Position numbers and translations under genes: made by a program | Part shown: positions 52,765-61,468 of the stretch, in pieces | Position numbering within the stretch: position 1 is the first letter of the stretch | Layout: the number at the start of each line of letters is the position of its first letter | Origin: a virus | Taxonomy: Duplodnaviria; Caudoviricetes | IMG/VR virus record: IMGVR_UViG_3300012924_000002 | Location: 1-61,468 of that record | Length of the DNA: 61,468 nt | Strand: one strand, 5' to 3' | Notes under the pieces: generated by a model | Seen by the model: the letters and a program-made list of their open reading frames with translations, nothing else | What the model was told of the DNA's origin: nothing | The model's database searches: none

Positions 52765-54176
52765 GTGCTGGCCGGCCTGACCACCAGGTAGCGGGGCCAG
52801 TAGGTGGCAACGATGGCGGTCGTCTCGGACTTAGTGACCGTGGCTCCCCGCCCACTCCTTCGGATCCAGTACATCCGGTTGGTGACGTTCGGGGTGACCG
52901 TCGGGAACCCGCCGGCCAGCGCGTGCGGCAGGGTGCCGTACACCTGGCCGGAACCGTTCTGCGTGTAGATCATCTCGTGGGTGCCGTCGATGACGAAACT
53001 GTCCGAGGTCGAGGCGGCATCACCCCAGTCGATCAACGCCAGCTGATCGTCCGCCGGCACGAACAGCAGGTAGTCGATGTCCAGAGTCGAGGTGCCGGCG
53101 GTACGCGACGCTGCGACCTCGATGTAGCGGCCGGCCACCGACAACTCCGTGTTGGAGTACCCGTCCATGACGGGGTCTGCCCCCGTCGGGAAGGTGATGA
53201 TCCCTAGGTCGACGTGGCAGCGCGCGGTCACATCGTCGGTAGCTACCGGGTCGTTCTGCACCAGCACAGGCGCCGTCGACGACGTGTACCCCAACTGCAC
53301 GGTGATGTCGCCGGTCGCGGATGAGCGACGCAGCAGGGCGAACACCCGGTAGCGCCCGCGGACGTCAACAGACGCCGACGTGGGGTAGGTGGCGAGGTAC
53401 ACCCGGCGGACCATGGTGGCGTCCGTCGAGAACGAGGTTCGGGCGTAGCTTGACCCGCTGCCCGACATGGCCGCATCCGCCCCCGGCAGGGTCGTGTCGG
53501 TGCCCAACGTCATCGACTCGGCCTGCAGCAGGAACGGGACGTTCGCGACGGTGCCGCGCCGGCGGACCGCCAGGACCGAGATGGGGTTCCCGGCGTCGTA
53601 CAGGTTGCCGGTGGGGAACGTCAAAACCAGTGGGGTCTCCACGTCCCCCTTCACGCCGGTGATATCCCAGCTCATCGGGTTCGTGCCCGCGGCAGGGTCT
53701 TCGGTGACCGTTACCGAGGCGATCGCCTCTTTCAAGCCTAGGGCGAACGGCTCGGCGGGGATCTCTAGCGACATGACGGTGTTACCGGACAGCAGCAGCC
53801 GCAGCATCGACAGGGTGTAGTCCGGCGCGGAGTAGGTGCGGAAAAACACTGGGGAGGTGGCGCCGTCGAGCTGAACCTTCAGGATGTTCGACGGCCGGGC
53901 CAGCTCCCGGGCAAGGTTCTGCATCGCAGTGGCGGCAGCGTCCGTGGTCGCCGCGATCACCTTGACGGGGATCTTCAAGACACGATTGCTGTAGGCCGCC
54001 GCCGGGATGAACTCGCCGTCGTTCAGCATCGTCGAGACGACAGCCCGCCGCAGCGGCGGCGGGGACAGGTCGATACCTTCGTCGGACACGAGGAGGCTGC
54101 TGGCGAGCGAGTTCAGGTTCAGCCGGATCGTCGGGCTGGACGCGATGGAATCCACGAACTGGACTATCGACGCCAT
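52761..54176 (-). CDS. Distal tail (Dit-like) protein
   Basis: First gene after tape measure; A.PFA.G, GDV.TP, Y.PRY. Confidence 0.8.
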   Translation of the reverse strand: MASIVQFVDSIASSPTIRLNLNSLASSLLVSDEGIDLSPPPLRRAVVSTMLNDGEFIPAAAYSNRVLKIPVKVIAATTDAAATAMQNLARELARPSNILKVQLDGATSPVFFRTYSAPDYTLSMLRLLLSGNTVMSLEIPAEPFALGLKEAIASVTVTEDPAAGTNPMSWDITGVKGDVETPLVLTFPTGNLYDAGNPISVLAVRRRGTVANVPFLLQAESMTLGTDTTLPGADAAMSGSGSSYARTSFSTDATMVRRVYLATYPTSASVDVRGRYRVFALLRRSSATGDITVQLGYTSSTAPVLVQNDPVATDDVTARCHVDLGIITFPTGADPVMDGYSNTELSVAGRYIEVAASRTAGTSTLDIDYLLFVPADDQLALIDWGDAASTSDSFVIDGTHEMIYTQNGSGQVYGTLPHALAGGFPTVTPNVTNRMYWIRRSGRGATVTKSETTAIVATYWPRYLVVRPAST

Positions 54177-57100
54177 TAGCCCCCCCTCGTGTAGATGCGC
54201 GTCTGTCGCCCTGCAGCGTAGTTACCTGCCCCGATCGCGTTGGACATCTCCCGCCCGATGATCCGGCCGAGGGCTTCAAGGTCGGCGGGGTGCCAACGCA
54301 TCGGCTGCCCGGCGGACCCCGGGTCGCTGAGGTGTTCGGGCCGCCCCAACCCGTTGTAGATCAGGTTGTGTCCCCGGGCCAGGGTTACCGAGCCGAAATC
54401 CGCGCGGGCGATCTTCGCCAGCTCGACGAGCCCTCCCCGTGCCCGTGCTACACCCGAGTTGGCGAACTCGGTAGTGCGCCGGGCGGACGCCCCGACGTGC
54501 ACGCCGCGGGAACCGGTCGACTCGAACGGAAGGCCACCGATCATGCCCGCCATGTGCCCCACCGACGCCGACGCCGGCCGCTGCCCGGGGTGCGACCACC
54601 CGGCCACGAGCGGGCCTATCTTCGCGCTGGTGTTGAACCACTTACCCGGCAGTGACTCCGTGGAGAAGGTGTGATCGTACGGGTTGTGCCCTTTGAGCAC
54701 GTTGTAGACCGCGGAGACGATACCGGAGCAGTCGTAGCCGCCAGGCCCGGCCGAGGCCCACACGTAAGGCTTGCCGGCCTGCGCCCGCACGAAGTTCTGC
54801 GCAGCCTGGATGTTCCCGGAACCGATCCCGGAGCCGCCGCCCCACGACGTCGCCCACTTGAACAGGCCGTCGATCAGCTTGTGACCCATCCCGGTCAGTA
54901 CCTGCTTGAACAGGCCGCCGCCCGGGATCGCACCCATGGCGCTTTCGAGCGGACTCTTGATCGCCTTGATCGGGTTCGACAGCGCGTCCCACACGTTGGA
55001 AAGGAAGCCGACGAGGCCGCCCTTCGAGAATGCCCACCCTTCCGACCCGTCGCCTGGGTACTGGGTGGGTTGCCGGCCGATCCGCTTCGCAGCCTCAGTG
55101 GGGCCGCCGCGCATACCCGCGTTGATCCATTGCAGTAATGGCAGTGCCTTGGCCGTGTCACGCGCGTTGACGATGAACTCGCCGGTCGCGACCTTGATGT
55201 TGGAGATCACTTTCCCGGCACCGTTGGTCAACCAGGCCAGCCGGTTGTCACGGCTCGACGGCGCGCCCGGAATCTGGCCGCCCTCCTCGAAGCCCCCGAT
55301 TTTGTCGATCGTCGGGGTGTGGAAGACCTTCGCCAGCTTGTTGAAACCCCCGATCAGGGGATTGATGACGCTGTTCACTACGAACGTGACAGGTGCCTTC
55401 GCGACGGCCTTCAGCCCGGACCAGATCTTGCCGATGGCGGTGACGGTGTTACGGAAGCTCTGGACCAGGCCATGCTCCATGTAGGTGCCTAGCTGCTGGA
55501 AGATGCCGCGCAGGAACGACACCACCGTGGAGATGGTGCCCTTGATGCCGTTCCAAACCGGCTGAATGATCGTGTGCCACAGCCATAGGAACTGGGGTGC
55601 CATCACGGTGCGGAACCAGCCCATCCAGGCGGACAGTATCCCGCGGATGAAGTTGACGGCCGTGCTGATCGCCGACTGGATGCCGTGCCACACGGGGGCG
55701 ACGACGTTCTTCCACACCCACACGTATGTCGGTGCCAGCACGTTGCGGATGTAGGCAACGACCAGGGCGATGGCCAACTGGATTATCGCAGACGCAGCCT
55801 GGATGATCCGCTGAATGCCGTGCCACACAGGTTCGATCTGGGTGTGCCACAGCCACATCGCGCCCGCTGCGATACCGTCCCACACGGCCCGAATGATGGG
55901 CCACAGCGTGTTCGTGAACCACGAGGCGACCGCCCCGACGGCAGCCCTGATGCCGTTCCACGTCCCGATGACGACGTCGCGGAACGTCTGCGAATGCTTC
56001 CACGCGAAGATCAGCCCGGCGACGAGGGCTGCCAGGGCGACCACGACGATACCGATCGGGTTCGCGGTCAGCGCGGCGTTCAACACCCACTGCACCGCTG
56101 CCCACACCTTCGTGACCGCCTGAACGATGTTGATCTGCGCGATGTATTTGACAAGCCCGCCGGCCGCTTCGACGGCCAGCACCGCGGCATGCACCTTCGT
56201 GACCGCGACCAGCGCTGCCATCACCCCCAGCAGGGTGATGGTGACGTCGCGGTGCCTCGTGAACCATCCAACGATGGAGGACACCAGTGGGATAACGGTC
56301 TTGAACGCGTTGACGAGATCCACAGCGATGGCGTGGGTGACCGACTCGATCTTAGGCAGCATGCCCTTGAGCTGCTCAGCGACACGCGTGAACCCGTTCT
56401 CGGCCTCCGACGCGATCGGGTTGCCTTTGAGAATCTGCACGACGTTGCCGATCGTCGCGCCCACGTTCTCGATGGCCCCCATGAAGCCTTTCGAGGTAAC
56501 CGCGCCCGTCTTGAACGCGCCGACCATCGTCACGACAGTTTTCGACATCCACGCCAGGGCGGACGATGCCGCCGTCGCGGCCTTCGGCAGGAAGTTCTCC
56601 ATCATCGGCACCAGCGGCTTGATGGCGTTCGCCAGGCCAATAGCGACGGTGTCCTTCAACGTCGACCAAACCCCGGCGAGGGTCTGCGACTGCCTCGCCA
56701 TCGCCCCGCCGTAGTCCTTCTCCATCTGCTTCTGCAGGGCCGGGAGGACGTCCTTCGACAGCAGCTGCCCGTGCGAGATCATCGCTTGCAGAGCCGGGAC
56801 GGGCTTGTGCATCGCCTCCGACATAAGCTTCCAGATTGGCAGCCCGTTGTTCATCAGCTGGTTCATGTCGCCGAGCTTGATTTTCCCGGCCGAAATCGAC
56901 TGGCTGACAGCGATCATGATCCGCTGGAATGCGTCCTGCTGGATGCCCAGAGCACCCGCTGCGTCGCCGAACGCCGTCAGCGTCGGGATGACCTGCTTCG
57001 CCGACACGCCCACACCCAGCAAAGTGCGGGACGCCTCGATCAGGCCGGGTAGCTCGAACGGTGTCGCAGCCGCAAACTTCTGCAGCTGCGACAGGAACGC

Positions 57101-57337
57101 CGACGCCTTCTTGCCCGAGCCCAGCATCGTCTCGAAGCCGACCTGAGCCTGTTCCAGGCTGGCAGCCGATTTGATACCGAACGACACCAGGCCGGCCAGC
57201 CCGACCCCGGTCACCGCGGCGGTGAGAGAGCCCATCATCCCGGCTGCGCGCCCGGCGAACCCCTTCACCGTCGACTCGAACTTGCCGAAGTCGGGGAGGA
57301 CGACCACGGACGCGTTAGCGATCGGCCGGACCGGCAT
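54176..57337 (-). CDS. Tape measure protein with C-terminal NlpC/P60 domain
   Basis: FA..TPFE, ANPIG, Trp-periodic repeats; GKPYVW...GYDCSG...GHMA. Confidence 0.93.
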   Translation of the reverse strand: MPVRPIANASVVVLPDFGKFESTVKGFAGRAAGMMGSLTAAVTGVGLAGLVSFGIKSAASLEQAQVGFETMLGSGKKASAFLSQLQKFAAATPFELPGLIEASRTLLGVGVSAKQVIPTLTAFGDAAGALGIQQDAFQRIMIAVSQSISAGKIKLGDMNQLMNNGLPIWKLMSEAMHKPVPALQAMISHGQLLSKDVLPALQKQMEKDYGGAMARQSQTLAGVWSTLKDTVAIGLANAIKPLVPMMENFLPKAATAASSALAWMSKTVVTMVGAFKTGAVTSKGFMGAIENVGATIGNVVQILKGNPIASEAENGFTRVAEQLKGMLPKIESVTHAIAVDLVNAFKTVIPLVSSIVGWFTRHRDVTITLLGVMAALVAVTKVHAAVLAVEAAGGLVKYIAQINIVQAVTKVWAAVQWVLNAALTANPIGIVVVALAALVAGLIFAWKHSQTFRDVVIGTWNGIRAAVGAVASWFTNTLWPIIRAVWDGIAAGAMWLWHTQIEPVWHGIQRIIQAASAIIQLAIALVVAYIRNVLAPTYVWVWKNVVAPVWHGIQSAISTAVNFIRGILSAWMGWFRTVMAPQFLWLWHTIIQPVWNGIKGTISTVVSFLRGIFQQLGTYMEHGLVQSFRNTVTAIGKIWSGLKAVAKAPVTFVVNSVINPLIGGFNKLAKVFHTPTIDKIGGFEEGGQIPGAPSSRDNRLAWLTNGAGKVISNIKVATGEFIVNARDTAKALPLLQWINAGMRGGPTEAAKRIGRQPTQYPGDGSEGWAFSKGGLVGFLSNVWDALSNPIKAIKSPLESAMGAIPGGGLFKQVLTGMGHKLIDGLFKWATSWGGGSGIGSGNIQAAQNFVRAQAGKPYVWASAGPGGYDCSGIVSAVYNVLKGHNPYDHTFSTESLPGKWFNTSAKIGPLVAGWSHPGQRPASASVGHMAGMIGGLPFESTGSRGVHVGASARRTTEFANSGVARARGGLVELAKIARADFGSVTLARGHNLIYNGLGRPEHLSDPGSAGQPMRWHPADLEALGRIIGREMSNAIGAGNYAAGRQTRIYTRGG

Positions 57338-57816
57338 TACCGCATCACCCCGATCAGCTCCATCAGTTCGGCGTCTTCAGACTTCATGCCCGCGGCCTCC
57401 GGCTTCGACAGGAGCCACTGCTGGAACTCCTGCACGACCTCTTCGGGGGTGGGTATTTTGCTGCTGTCCTCCAGGTGCGGCGCCAGGGTCATCATGGTGA
57501 GCGCCTGCCGTTCCAGGGCTTCCACCTGCACCGCGTACGACAAGTCGCACACGGCGCGCAGACTCAGCCCGAAACGCTCCCGGAGAGAACGGGTTCGCGG
57601 CTGACGTCCACTCCATGGGCTTCCGCCACCATTGCCACCTGCGCGGCCATAGCCACCCCCACCCCGGTCCCCATCGCCTCGAAGCGTTCGATCTGCGCCA
57701 TGTAGCGGTCGCGTAGTCCCGCGTTCGGGGTGTCCGGCTCGAATGCAGCAGGAGGCGAGTACGGCGTGATTTCGGACCGCCCATCCGCAGAGGCGGAAGG
57801 CGGTCCAGTAGGGTTT
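57337..57816 (-). CDS. Tail assembly chaperone T segment (-1 frame)
   Basis: Open -1 frame from AAACCCT to the tape measure start. Confidence 0.65.
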   Translation of the reverse strand, partial: KPYWTAFRLCGWAVRNHAVLASCCIRAGHPERGTTRPLHGADRTLRGDGDRGGGGYGRAGGNGGGSPWSGRQPRTRSLRERFGLSLRAVCDLSYAVQVEALERQALTMMTLAPHLEDSSKIPTPEEVVQEFQQWLLSKPEAAGMKSEDAELMELIGVMR

Positions 57817-58223
57817 TCGGTCACCCCCTCGATGACCTTCCACATCAGGTTCATGGTCTCTTCGGCGGTCTGCCGGTGGGCACGCACCGACGCCCAGAAA
57901 TCTTCGAAGTCGTCGACGTGCAAGTTTTTGCGCACAAACTTTTTGATGATGGACATCGAAGCCGGGTCGTTCGGCTTGAGCTGCTCACTCGCCTCGGCGA
58001 AGTCGATGACGTCCAGCTCAGACAGATCAGGGTGCACCCTGAACGAGCGACCGAAGTAGCTGAACGAGGCGGTCAGAGGTGCCCGTTCCGTCCCGCCCAG
58101 CTCCCCGAGCTCGATGACCTCCCCGCGGCGTATCGGCTCCGTCGTGACCTGCTGCTGGCGTGGGCGCACATCGCCCTGGTAGTAGCTGCCCGCGCTCCTG
58201 CGACGACCCTTGCTTCGTGACAT
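57564..58223 (-). CDS. Tail assembly chaperone G
   Basis: Between major tail and tape measure; ENPT.PPSAS motif. Confidence 0.8.
   Translation of the reverse strand: MSRSKGRRRSAGSYYQGDVRPRQQQVTTEPIRRGEVIELGELGGTERAPLTASFSYFGRSFRVHPDLSELDVIDFAEASEQLKPNDPASMSIIKKFVRKNLHVDDFEDFWASVRAHRQTAEETMNLMWKVIEGVTENPTGPPSASADGRSEITPYSPPAAFEPDTPNAGLRDRYMAQIERFEAMGTGVGVAMAAQVAMVAEAHGVDVSREPVLSGSVSG
57810..57816 (-). other. Putative -1 slippery heptamer A-AAC-CCT
   Basis: X-XXY-YYZ in the correct phase of the G frame. Confidence 0.6.
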
Positions 58224-58332
58224 GACTGTTCGCGCCTCCCGGACGCTGGTAGGGACGCCCCCGGCGTCCGCTCGGCTCGTCGGATCGCCGGGGGCTGTGT
58301 TCGCTTTCTGGCAGACGTGCAAGCCGAGTGCG

Positions 58333-58917
58333 TCAGTTCCCGAGCCGACTAGTGCCGGCCGAGTAGACCTCGAAGATGTTGCTCGAAGCGTCGATCTCGA
58401 AGCGGAACTCGCACGGCACGACCGCGAAGTCCGGGGCCTTCTTGAACGCCGACTGGATCTCGTTGACCTGCACCGTCTGGTACATGAAGATCCGCATCGT
58501 CGCGTCCAACGACTGCCACAGCAGGGCGGACCGGGTCTCCTGCCCGACAGTCGGGGGCACCCACTTGGAGATCAAGCTGGCGCCGGACCCGGACACGGTG
58601 GAAAGGCTGCCGCCGTTCAGGCCCCGCTGGATGTTCTTCAGCGTGAAATCGGCCAGGTTGAACGCGAACGAACCCTGACGGGAAGTGGTGCGCCACTTCA
58701 CCGGGTCGTAGAACTCGGCGACGTTGATAGCCTCGATCGACTGCGAGTAGGTGAACGTGTAGCCAGCCTCCGTCGCGCCGATCTCGTACCACGATGCTGA
58801 AGGCGAGTCGGTGAACACGGAACCCGCTGCGACGCTCGAAGGGAACGCCGTGCCGGCCGGGGCATGCCACAGGAACCCCGGGTCGATCATCATGTTCGGG
58901 GTGAGGGTCGTAGGCAT
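58333..58917 (-). CDS. Major tail protein
   Basis: APAGTA.P, W..IGATE.G.TF.Y; precedes the chaperones. Confidence 0.85.
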   Translation of the reverse strand: MPTTLTPNMMIDPGFLWHAPAGTAFPSSVAAGSVFTDSPSASWYEIGATEAGYTFTYSQSIEAINVAEFYDPVKWRTTSRQGSFAFNLADFTLKNIQRGLNGGSLSTVSGSGASLISKWVPPTVGQETRSALLWQSLDATMRIFMYQTVQVNEIQSAFKKAPDFAVVPCEFRFEIDASSNIFEVYSAGTSRLGN

Positions 58918-59465
58918 TACTCGGCGTCCTTTCCGGCCTGGCCACGCTTCGCCGCGGGCTGCTTAGCGTCAGCGGCCGAACTGCGAGGCCCGTCGGTTGC
59001 CGGCGTGATGACCGGACCGTGAACGCCTTCGGTGTCGAGGTGCGCCGCCCCACCCCGCGGGTCCAGAGCCGCGGGGTGCAGCTCAGGCGCCAGAGGCTTC
59101 CGGCGTTGATAGTGCGGGTTCGCCTTGTCGAACTCTTCGTCCGACGCGAACACCTTTCCTACCCTCGCCAGCTCCGGGGTCGCGACCCGGACGATGAGTT
59201 CCTGCTCCCACAGCTTGTAACGGATCACGTGTTCCAGCGGGACCGCTGCACCGGGGACGAACGCCAGAGCGTTGCCGATGGTGATCGGTGCGATCGCCGC
59301 GAACTGCCCCCACGCCTCGCGCTGCGCAGCACGTCGGGCCTCGAACGTGGTGATCGCTTCGGGGTCTGCCGCCGTGGGTCCGTGCGGAAGCCCGGCAGCG
59401 TGGCCTTGCGTCATGACGGAGCGCTGAAGCTCCATCAGTTCCTGATCGGCGTCTGACATCGCCAT
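58917..59465 (-). CDS. Hypothetical head-tail region protein
   Basis: GGAGG RBS; TAATG coupling. Confidence 0.65.
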   Translation of the reverse strand: MAMSDADQELMELQRSVMTQGHAAGLPHGPTAADPEAITTFEARRAAQREAWGQFAAIAPITIGNALAFVPGAAVPLEHVIRYKLWEQELIVRVATPELARVGKVFASDEEFDKANPHYQRRKPLAPELHPAALDPRGGAAHLDTEGVHGPVITPATDGPRSSAADAKQPAAKRGQAGKDAE

Positions 59466-59484
59466 GCCGCCGCTACCTCCCTGG

Positions 59485-59784
59485 CTAGACGTACCGGATC
59501 TTTGCAATGGCCGGGTCGGCCCAATGCGTCCGGGACTGCTGAATCCCCATGTAGTAGTGCGCTTCGTCCCACCCGGCCTCGCCGGTCCAGCCCTGCACGG
59601 CCAGAGCCGTGTCCGAGGCAATCGACCCGCGGCCGGCCCCCGTCTTCACGGGGGCGTCGGAGCGCAGGCCCGCGGCGATGTCCGCCACCCGCTCTTTGAG
59701 CCATTCGCGCATCTCAGGCGAGCGGGCTATCTGCAACCCGGCGCCCGGGATCGGGGTCACCCTGTACTCGGCGCGGTTCGTCAA
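59485..59784 (-). CDS. HK97 gp10-like neck protein
   Basis: APVKTG..R.SI motif. Confidence 0.7.
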   Translation of the reverse strand: MTNRAEYRVTPIPGAGLQIARSPEMREWLKERVADIAAGLRSDAPVKTGAGRGSIASDTALAVQGWTGEAGWDEAHYYMGIQQSRTHWADPAIAKIRYV

Positions 59785-60269
59785 TTGGTCATCAGCTCCG
59801 CCTGGAAGACCAGCGACGCGAGGCCGGTAACCGACGGTTCCGGGTGTGGCGTGACCGCGGTCGGCCACTGCAACACCTCGTACAGGTAGAGGTCACCCAG
59901 CGACCGATCGACCAGCGGGTCACCGTCGATCACCGCCTTCGCGACCGCGTTGCACAGCTGACTCGTCAACAGGTCGACGTCGCCGACGTCCTCATCTGCT
60001 TCGCCCGGCTGATACACCCGGATGCGGATCTCGCAAGCCACCGACTCCGTGCAGGTGGTCCGCTCCGCTGTGGTGATCTGCCGGGTGGAGCGGACCGGGG
60101 TGCCGTACACGCAGATACGGTCCGGCTCGGCGGGCAGGATCGGGTTCACCTGCACCCCCGAACTGGTAAGCATCTCGGCGCCGGCCGGCGGCGGGATCGA
60201 ACCCGTATTGATGGCCTGAAGCCGGGCCATCACCGACCGTTTCAGGGCGAACGCGAGGATCGTCGTCAC
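59781..60269 (-). CDS. Putative tail terminator
   Basis: Size and position in the head-tail module. Confidence 0.55.
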   Translation of the reverse strand: MTTILAFALKRSVMARLQAINTGSIPPPAGAEMLTSSGVQVNPILPAEPDRICVYGTPVRSTRQITTAERTTCTESVACEIRIRVYQPGEADEDVGDVDLLTSQLCNAVAKAVIDGDPLVDRSLGDLYLYEVLQWPTAVTPHPEPSVTGLASLVFQAELMTN

Positions 60270-60273
60270 GTCA

Positions 60274-61176
60274 TCACCCGAAACCCGGGCGCGGTGACGG
60301 GTGCCGCGAGTACGCAGCGTCAACCGAGGGGATGCCCGTCGACCACTGCGACTCGCTGGCCAGTGAGACGACACCGATCTCCGAGGTTTGCAGACGCTCC
60401 GAACGGTCCGGCAGCGGGCTGCGTGACTTGCGCTCGAACATCAGCGACTTCCAGCGCAGCTTCGAACCGCGCACAATGTCCGGGTCCGGCCGGTCCTGGC
60501 CATGCTCGTACTCGACGACGATGTTTCCGATCCCCCACGGCCACACTGAGCCGAAGCCGCCGCCCCAGAACCACCACCATTCGGTGCCCGGCCGGATGAT
60601 GCCCAACCGGTCCGGGCCGATCGCGTCCACGCGGGCCTGGTCCCACGCCACCCCGTTGACGGTCACCGCCCGGACCTTGCGGATGTAGGGCCACCGAAGC
60701 CGCAGGTGTCGCTGCTGGGGGTGACCGTCCAGCCGCTCCCGCTCGAAACGGGGGACGAACGCCTGGCGGCAGATGTTCTCGCATTCGACCTCGACCTGCG
60801 TGCGCACCTCGATCACGTCCGCGGTCGGGTAACGGGTGATGTTCGTGAACGTAGTGTCGATCTGCCGGGCCTCGGAAAGCCCGAAGTAGTAGCCGCCGAC
60901 CACCTCGATCACATCCTGATCGAGGACTAGGGCATCACCGCCGACCGTCAACGCCCACGAGACGGGCAGCCGGTCCAGGATGTCGGAGCCGTTGAACGTG
61001 AACGTGTACACCTGGTTGGCGTCGGGGCCAGTCGCGTTGCCGGTCTGAACAACCGTGCCGTCCTCCCGGGTGATGGTCACCGTGACGACGCCCGTCGCGG
61101 AGGTCGCTACCTCGTCGAGGTAGAACGTCCGCGAGAGCGTCGTCTTAGCGGTGCGCAGCACCCGGAGGGTCGACAC
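60274..61176 (-). CDS. Head-to-tail adaptor with N-terminal Ig-like extension
   Basis: E.IC..AF.PR, V.YEHG, TGIP.VDA...R. Confidence 0.75.
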   Translation of the reverse strand: MSTLRVLRTAKTTLSRTFYLDEVATSATGVVTVTITREDGTVVQTGNATGPDANQVYTFTFNGSDILDRLPVSWALTVGGDALVLDQDVIEVVGGYYFGLSEARQIDTTFTNITRYPTADVIEVRTQVEVECENICRQAFVPRFERERLDGHPQQRHLRLRWPYIRKVRAVTVNGVAWDQARVDAIGPDRLGIIRPGTEWWWFWGGGFGSVWPWGIGNIVVEYEHGQDRPDPDIVRGSKLRWKSLMFERKSRSPLPDRSERLQTSEIGVVSLASESQWSTGIPSVDAAYSRHPSPRPGFG

Positions 61177-61179
61177 AGC

Positions 61180-61468
61180 TCAGCTCGTCTGCTGCTTGCC
61201 GCTGCGTGAAGTCCGACCGGATGTCCCCAGCTCCGTGCGAGCTTTCGCGTCTGCCTCGGCCTTGTCCGCGGCAGCCTTCGCGTCCGCCCGAGCCTTCGCC
61301 CCAACGTCCTCGCCAACGGTCATACCGCCTGCCGGGTTCGCGTTGACGTCGGAATCGGAGACCACGTCGCCGGACTCGGCCTCCTGGTCGGCCTGCGCCG
61401 GGCGCAGGTAGGTGGACAGGCCAGCTGCCGCCTCAGCCCGCTTGTGGGCTGCGATCTCCAGCTGAACA
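61180..61468 (-). CDS. 3' part of the junction-spanning protein (start at 224)
   Basis: Continuous frame through the terminal repeat. Confidence 0.8.
   Translation of the reverse strand, partial: VQLEIAAHKRAEAAAGLSTYLRPAQADQEAESGDVVSDSDVNANPAGGMTVGEDVGAKARADAKAAADKAEADAKARTELGTSGRTSRSGKQQTS
61346..61468. repeat. Terminal direct repeat (copy 2)
   Basis: Identical to 1-123. Confidence 0.95.

Noticed and set aside
1-61468. Integrase, ParA/ParB, DNA polymerase, rRNA
   Set aside because: No catalytic or sequence motifs recognised; absence is by eye and needs HMM confirmation.

Overview
The window looks like a complete, circularly permuted ~61.3 kb high-GC siphovirus of a filamentous actinomycete; bases 1-123 recur at 61346-61468 inside one gene. 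The head and tail module runs on the minus strand across the window junction: TerS, TerL, portal, an HK97-protease/ClpP fusion, major capsid, head-tail genes, major tail, a frameshifted tail chaperone, tape measure with an NlpC/P60 domain, tail tip and holin. A second minus-strand block holds fibre-like virion genes, an HNH nuclease and a GH25 lysin. A replication/recombination block holds a RepA-like helicase with an adjacent palindromic origin candidate, ERF, exonuclease, RuvC, MazG and a Toprim protein. I could not recognise an integrase, ParA or DNA polymerase. Main observations: (1) a 57-aa CsrA/RsmA homologue missed by the ORF track, and at least 10 early-gene Shine-Dalgarno sequences displayed in A(N)GGAG hairpin loops, the canonical CsrA target, suggesting a phage-encoded translational regulon; (2) six covarying tRNA-like T-arm/acceptor-stem elements between genes of that same early operon; (3) a Streptomyces-type conjugation cassette (DUF2637/Spd-like, TraB, BldC-like) with two ~470-bp arrays of TTCGC motifs written into its coding sequence; (4) a phage globin, a recurring 21-bp operator/promoter motif and a structured capsid-gene leader. 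All calls come from manual motif recognition; no searches were run.
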